Below, piece by piece: positions 59,631-64,000 of a DNA stretch of 64,000 nucleotides. Within the stretch, counting starts at the first letter, position 1. Every line of letters begins with the position of its first letter. The DNA comes from an uncultured Tenacibaculum sp. (GTDB lineage: Bacteria; Bacteroidota; Bacteroidia; Flavobacteriales; Flavobacteriaceae), in contig NZ_CANMAX010000007.1 in NCBI RefSeq assembly GCF_947495995.1, positions 1 to 64,000 on the forward strand, in the 5' to 3' direction. The notes below the pieces were generated by a model, which saw only the letters and a program-made list of their open reading frames with translations, was not told the origin of the DNA and ran no database searches. Made by a program: the position numbers and the translations under genes.

Positions 59631-60331
59631 TCAACACCAAATATAGAAGCAAAGAAGAAGAAATCATGGATGATTTCGATATGTCTGGTGAAACCTTGAT
59701 CAAAACACTAGACATCATTGCTAAAATTAATCGTGTATTAGGAGGTAATATATTAACCTTAAATGGCGTAAAAAAACTCTGTAAAGATCAGCCAAAAGAT
59801 AAAGTGATTTCTATAATCGATTTGGGTTGTGGAAATGGAGATATGTTAAGAGCAATTGCCAAGTTAGGAAGAAAACAAGGTCGTAAGTTTGAACTTATCG
59901 GTGTAGATGCGAATCAAGCTACAATAGATTATGCAATTGAGTTATCAAAAGAATATCCAGAGATTCGGTATTTGAAACAAGATATCCTGACTGACGAATT
60001 TAAAGAACTGTCTTACGATATTTCGCTATTTACACTTTTTCTGCATCATTTTTCAGATAAAGAAATAGCAAAGCTATTACCAATAATACAAGATCGAACC
60101 AAGTTAGGTTTAGTGATAAACGATTTACACCGACATAAATTGGCTTATTACTTATTCAAAATCATTACGTTATTTATTAAAAATAAAATGGTGAAGAACG
60201 ATGGTTTGGTATCTATTTTAAGAGGATTTAAAAGAAAAGAACTAGAGAGTTTTGCTAAGAACTTATCTGGTAAAAGCACAATTACTTGGAAATGGGCATT
60301 CCGTTACCAATGGTTAATAAAGCATCATTAA
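59627..60331 (+). CDS. SAM-dependent methyltransferase
   Basis: 234 aa with motif I (IIDLGCGNGDM). It overlaps the upstream gene by 4 nt. Confidence 0.7.
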   Translation: MINTKYRSKEEEIMDDFDMSGETLIKTLDIIAKINRVLGGNILTLNGVKKLCKDQPKDKVISIIDLGCGNGDMLRAIAKLGRKQGRKFELIGVDANQATIDYAIELSKEYPEIRYLKQDILTDEFKELSYDISLFTLFLHHFSDKEIAKLLPIIQDRTKLGLVINDLHRHKLAYYLFKIITLFIKNKMVKNDGLVSILRGFKRKELESFAKNLSGKSTITWKWAFRYQWLIKHH

Positions 60332-60337
60332 ATATTT

Positions 60338-61390
60338 ATGAGCGTACGAATTACATCAGTTGCAAAGCAACTTCCAAAATATACAAGAAATACAAAAGAA
60401 ATTTTACCGTATTTAAAAGTATGGTTATCTGGTCAAGAAGAGCGTTTTCAAAGAAAGGCAATTAAAATTTTTGAAAATGCAGGTGTAGATCGACGTTATT
60501 CAATTATGGATGCAGAAGATGTTTTTTTAAACACTTCTTTTGAAGAGAAAAATGAAATCTATACGAGAGAATGTACAAAGTTAGCAGAACAAGCTTTGGT
60601 AAAGGCTTTGGCGAAAGCAAATCTTGCCGCAAATGAAGTTGATTATATTATTACAGTAAGTTGTACGGGAATTATGATTCCGTCTTTAGATGCCTATCTA
60701 ATCAATAGCTTACAAATGAAACAAGACATTGTTCGTTTGCCCGTGACAGAAATGGGGTGTGCAGCTGGAGTTTCAGGAATTATTTATGCGAAAAACTTTT
60801 TAAAAGCGAACCCAAATAAAAGAGCTGCAGTAATCGCTGTAGAATCGCCAACAGCTACGTTTCAATTAAATGATTATTCGATGGTAAATATTGTAAGTGC
60901 GGCCATTTTTGGAGATGGAGCATCGTCAGTTATTTTATCGTCTTATGAAGATGAAGTTGGTCCGGAAATCTTAGACGAAGCAATGTATCATTTTTATAAT
61001 GCAACACACATGATGGGCTTCAATTTAAAAAATACAGGATTACAAATGGTGTTAGATAAATCTGTTCCTGAGACAATTTCAAATCATTTTCCGAAGATTA
61101 TCCATCCTTTTTTAGAAAAGAATAAGCTAAGCATATCAGATATAGATCATTTAGTTTTTCATCCAGGAGGAAAGAAAATCGTACAAACCGTAGAAGATCT
61201 TTTTGGAAAATTAGGAAAGAATATAGACGATACGAAAGAGGTTTTAAAATTATATGGAAACATGTCTAGCGCTACTGTTTTATATGTTTTAGAACGATTT
61301 ATAGATAGAGATTTACCAAAAGGTGATAAAGGATTAATGTTGAGTTTCGGACCCGGATTTTCAGCGCAACGAATTTTATTAGAATGGTAA
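60338..61390 (+). CDS. Type III polyketide synthase (chalcone/stilbene synthase family)
   Basis: 350 aa with the catalytic triad context: Cys in TEMGCAAG, His in VFHPGG, Asn in YGNMSSATV, and the C-terminal SFGPGFS. Confidence 0.85.
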   Translation: MSVRITSVAKQLPKYTRNTKEILPYLKVWLSGQEERFQRKAIKIFENAGVDRRYSIMDAEDVFLNTSFEEKNEIYTRECTKLAEQALVKALAKANLAANEVDYIITVSCTGIMIPSLDAYLINSLQMKQDIVRLPVTEMGCAAGVSGIIYAKNFLKANPNKRAAVIAVESPTATFQLNDYSMVNIVSAAIFGDGASSVILSSYEDEVGPEILDEAMYHFYNATHMMGFNLKNTGLQMVLDKSVPETISNHFPKIIHPFLEKNKLSISDIDHLVFHPGGKKIVQTVEDLFGKLGKNIDDTKEVLKLYGNMSSATVLYVLERFIDRDLPKGDKGLMLSFGPGFSAQRILLEW

Positions 61391-62184
61391 GAGAATTTGC
61401 ACATAAAAATGAGTGGGCTGTTATTTTAGGTGGTTCTAGCGGATTGGGTTTAGCAACTGCTAAAAAGCTAGCAAAACACGGTCTGAATATCTGTATTTTA
61501 CACCGAGATCGAAAATCTGATATGTCACGCATTGAAGATGATTTTGAAATTTTTCGTAATGAAAATGTTCAATTATTAGCTTTTAATGTAGATGCATTGC
61601 ATACAGAGAAAAGAGCACATATTATTTCAGAATTGAAAGAGAATTTAGGATCAACAGGAAAGATTCGAGTATTTGTACACAGTATTGCCAAAGGAAATTT
61701 AAAACCTATGGTTGCTGAAGATGAATCACCACAATTAAAAAACGATGATTTTAGTCTAACCATTAATGCCATGGCGATTAGTTTATACGATTGGGTAAAA
61801 GCATTATTTACCGCGGAGTTATTTGCTGATGATACTAGAATTATAAGTTTTACAAGTGAAGGAAATCGGAAGGTTTGGCAAAATTACGCAGCGGTTTCTG
61901 CGGCTAAAGTAACTTTAGAAGCAATTACTCGAAACATTGCTTTAGAGTTTGCTCTTTACGGAATTAAAGCGAATTGCATTCAAGCAGGTGTTACCGATAC
62001 AAATTCATTTCAACGAATTCCAGGAAGTGAAACCATAAAAAATCACGTGTTAAAAACGAATCCTTTTAAACGTTTAACCACGCCAGAAGATGTGGCAAAT
62101 GTGGTATATTTATTAAGTAAAGATGAAGCCAAATGGATTAACGGAAGTATTATTCCTGTGGACGGCGGAGAACATATAGTGTAG
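61384..62184 (+). CDS. SDR-superfamily enoyl-ACP reductase-like (FabI-like) protein
   Basis: 266 aa. FVHSIAKG corresponds to the FabI FVHSIGFA motif, and Y-x6-K is present (YAAVSAAK). It overlaps the type III PKS gene by 7 nt. Confidence 0.55.
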   Translation: MVREFAHKNEWAVILGGSSGLGLATAKKLAKHGLNICILHRDRKSDMSRIEDDFEIFRNENVQLLAFNVDALHTEKRAHIISELKENLGSTGKIRVFVHSIAKGNLKPMVAEDESPQLKNDDFSLTINAMAISLYDWVKALFTAELFADDTRIISFTSEGNRKVWQNYAAVSAAKVTLEAITRNIALEFALYGIKANCIQAGVTDTNSFQRIPGSETIKNHVLKTNPFKRLTTPEDVANVVYLLSKDEAKWINGSIIPVDGGEHIV

Positions 62185-62185
62185 C

Positions 62186-62629
62186 ATGACAAGTGAACAA
62201 ATCATAACAGTATTACCTTATGAAAAACCTTTTTTATTTGTTGATGAAATCATCAATATTTCTGAAGAAGGAGTAACTGGTCAATATACATTTCAAAAAG
62301 AAGAATTTTATTATCAAGGGCATTTTAAAGATGATCCAGTAACACCAGGAGTTATATTAACCGAAGTAATGGCGCAAATCGGTGTAGTTTGTCTCGGTAT
62401 TTTTCTTTTAGGAAAAGAAAGTGTGTTAGAAGAAAAACCAGCAATAGCGTTAACATCTAATGCTATCAATTTCTTTCTTCCTGTATTTCCTGAAGAGAAA
62501 GTAACGGTTATTTCTGAAAAACAATACTTCAGATTCAATAAGTTAAAATGTAAAGTAAAAATGCTGAATGTCAAAGGCGAATTAGTATGTAGAGGTGAAA
62601 TCGCTGGAATGTTAACGAATAAAAAATAA
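62186..62629 (+). CDS. 3-hydroxyacyl-ACP dehydratase (FabZ/FabA-like hotdog)
   Basis: 147 aa. VLPYEKPFLFVDEI...YYQGHFKDDPVTPGVILTEVMAQ matches the FabZ active-site region. Confidence 0.8.
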   Translation: MTSEQIITVLPYEKPFLFVDEIINISEEGVTGQYTFQKEEFYYQGHFKDDPVTPGVILTEVMAQIGVVCLGIFLLGKESVLEEKPAIALTSNAINFFLPVFPEEKVTVISEKQYFRFNKLKCKVKMLNVKGELVCRGEIAGMLTNKK

Positions 62630-62633
62630 TCAG

Positions 62634-63908
62634 TTGAATAAAAGAGTTGTAATAACAGGTTTAGGAGTTGTTGCTCCAAATGGAGTCGATATACAGTCGT
62701 TTACAAATGCGATTAAAAATGGCGTTTCTGGTATTACATTTCATCAAGATTTAAAAGATTTGAACTTTTCGTGTTGTATTGGCGGACTTCCAACAATTAC
62801 CGAAGAGAAAAAACTAGATTATTTATCGGCTTTAGAGTTGAGAGGTTTTAATAGTTCCGGAATTTTATATGGTTGTATTGCTGGAATAGATGCTTGGAAA
62901 GATGCGGGCTTTATAGTTGATAAAGAAAGTGATTTAGACTTTGATACAGGAATTGTTTTTGGAACAGGAACTTCTGGAGTTGAAAAATTTCGTGAAGCTA
63001 TTTATAAAGTTGATGACAATAAAGTAAAACGCTTAGGTAGCACAACAGTTATACAAACTATGGCTAGCGGAATTAGCGCATATTTAGGCGGTAAGCTAGG
63101 TTTAGGAAATCAAGTAACTACAAATTCTTCTGCTTGTACAACTGGAACGGAAGCGATATTAATGGGTTACGATAGAATTGCTTTAGGCAAAGCAAATCGA
63201 ATGTTAGTTGGGAGTTGTAGTGATGGCGGACCTTATGTTTGGGGTGGTTTCGATGCTATGCGTGTAATGACATATAAACACAATGAGAATCCAAAAGAAG
63301 GATCTCGTCCAATGAGTGCAACAGCATCTGGTTTTGTCCCAGGAGCTGGAGCCGGAGCTTTGGTGTTAGAATCTTTAGAAAGTGCGTTAGGAAGAGGAGC
63401 AACTATTTATGGAGAAGTTTTAGGTGGAGCTGTGAATTCTGGCGGACAAAGAAATGGAGGAACAATGACTGCGCCTAATGGAATAGCTGTACAACGATGT
63501 ATTACAGACGCAATTCGAAATTCAGGAATTACTGCGGATGAAATTGATGTGATTAATGGACATTTAACGGCTACATCAAAAGATGCTTTTGAAATTCAAA
63601 ATTGGTCAGAAGCATTAGGAAGAAAAGGGGCGAATTTTCCTTATATCAATTCATTAAAATCAATGATTGGTCATTGTTTAGCCGCTGCAGGAAGTATCGA
63701 AAGTATTTCTGCTGTTCTTCAGTTACATCACGATTTTATATTTCCATCGATAAATTGTGAAGATATTCATCCAGATATTTTAGCAGAGATAGATCAAGCA
63801 CAAATTCCGAAAGAAAAAATAGATACAAAAATTAATATTATGGCCAAAGCAAGTTTTGGTTTTGGTGACGTAAATGGATGCGTAATATTAAAAAAATACA
63901 ACCGATAA
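62634..63908 (+). CDS. Beta-ketoacyl-ACP synthase (FabF/FabB-like)
   Basis: 424 aa with a thiolase fold: an active-site Cys region (NSSACTTGTEAI), His regions (INGHLTAT; MIGHCLAAAG) and a GFGDVNGCVIL tail. Confidence 0.8.
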   Translation: MNKRVVITGLGVVAPNGVDIQSFTNAIKNGVSGITFHQDLKDLNFSCCIGGLPTITEEKKLDYLSALELRGFNSSGILYGCIAGIDAWKDAGFIVDKESDLDFDTGIVFGTGTSGVEKFREAIYKVDDNKVKRLGSTTVIQTMASGISAYLGGKLGLGNQVTTNSSACTTGTEAILMGYDRIALGKANRMLVGSCSDGGPYVWGGFDAMRVMTYKHNENPKEGSRPMSATASGFVPGAGAGALVLESLESALGRGATIYGEVLGGAVNSGGQRNGGTMTAPNGIAVQRCITDAIRNSGITADEIDVINGHLTATSKDAFEIQNWSEALGRKGANFPYINSLKSMIGHCLAAAGSIESISAVLQLHHDFIFPSINCEDIHPDILAEIDQAQIPKEKIDTKINIMAKASFGFGDVNGCVILKKYNR

Positions 63909-63912
63909 GTAT

Positions 63913-64000
63913 ATGACAAACGAAGAACTAATACCTAAATTAAAAGAAATCGTTAAACCTTATATTCAAGACCAAGTGGCTTTTGATAATTTAACGGAAG
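63913..64000 (+). CDS. Acyl carrier protein (N-terminal fragment, truncated by window end)
   Basis: MTNEELIPKLKEIVKPYIQDQVAFDNLTE is a typical ACP helix-1 start. It lies 4 nt after the ketosynthase stop. Confidence 0.55.
   Translation, partial: MTNEELIPKLKEIVKPYIQDQVAFDNLTE

Noticed and set aside
58500-64000. Interpreting the 3'-end cluster as the flexirubin / aryl-polyene (DarAB) locus
   Set aside because: The ketosynthase partner here is a chalcone-synthase-type type III PKS with a Cys-His-Asn triad, not a DarB (FabH-like) or DarA pair. No LolA-like, MMPL or ammonia-lyase genes are visible within the window.
1-64000. Mobile elements, prophage, tRNA or rRNA genes
   Set aside because: I found no transposase, integrase or recombinase-like ORFs, no terminal inverted repeats flanking a gene block, and no tRNA-like T-arm (GGTTCGAATCC-type) motifs outside coding sequence.

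Overview
Low-GC (about 32-33% by eye), gene-dense chromosomal segment with Bacteroidota/Flavobacteriia character: frequent TAnnTTTG -7 promoter motifs 15-25 nt upstream of start codons, and DUF1800/DUF1501, DUF4270-like and Y_Y_Y sensor gene families. I found no rRNA, tRNA, CRISPR array, transposase or integrase.

Most genes are core housekeeping. Nitrogen assimilation is represented by a divergent GSII/GSIII glutamine synthetase pair sharing a repeated palindromic motif. Others are purM, prfA, glmS, panCD, radA, pyrC, tyrS and leuS. Regulatory genes include Lrp/AsnC next to a TauE-like exporter, an ECF sigma/anti-sigma pair, and a propeller/Y_Y_Y LytS-type kinase with a LytTR response regulator.

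Four places look accessory or unusual:
1. An incomplete biosynthetic operon at the 3' end (57.2 kb to the window end). It starts with two YceI-like secreted lipid-binding paralogs, the second translationally coupled to an FAD oxidoreductase, followed by a SAM methyltransferase, a type III polyketide synthase, a FabI-like reductase, a FabZ-like dehydratase, a FabF/B-like ketosynthase and an ACP. This looks like an Srs/Ars-like phenolic-lipid cluster with dedicated carrier proteins.
2. A compact envelope module at 50.1-53.8 kb. A membrane-embedded one-component LytTR regulator sits divergently from a translationally coupled operon (TM protein, YceI-like protein, OM beta-barrel). The shared promoter carries a perfect 12-bp direct repeat at 20-bp spacing, as expected for a LytTR operator.
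3. A 953-aa leucine-rich-repeat protein (47.2-50.0 kb) with no signal peptide and a 550-aa C-terminal region that matches nothing I recognise.
4. A putative metal-uptake locus (41.7-47.1 kb): a Met/His-rich OM barrel, a TonB-dependent receptor, a PepSY membrane protein and a DUF2911-like protein.

Other oddities are a 14-bp tandem repeat cut by the window start, a possible sRNA or 3'UTR ending in a strong terminator upstream of leuS, a membrane-anchored tandem retropepsin-like protease with PDZ, and several missed small zinc-ribbon ORFs.
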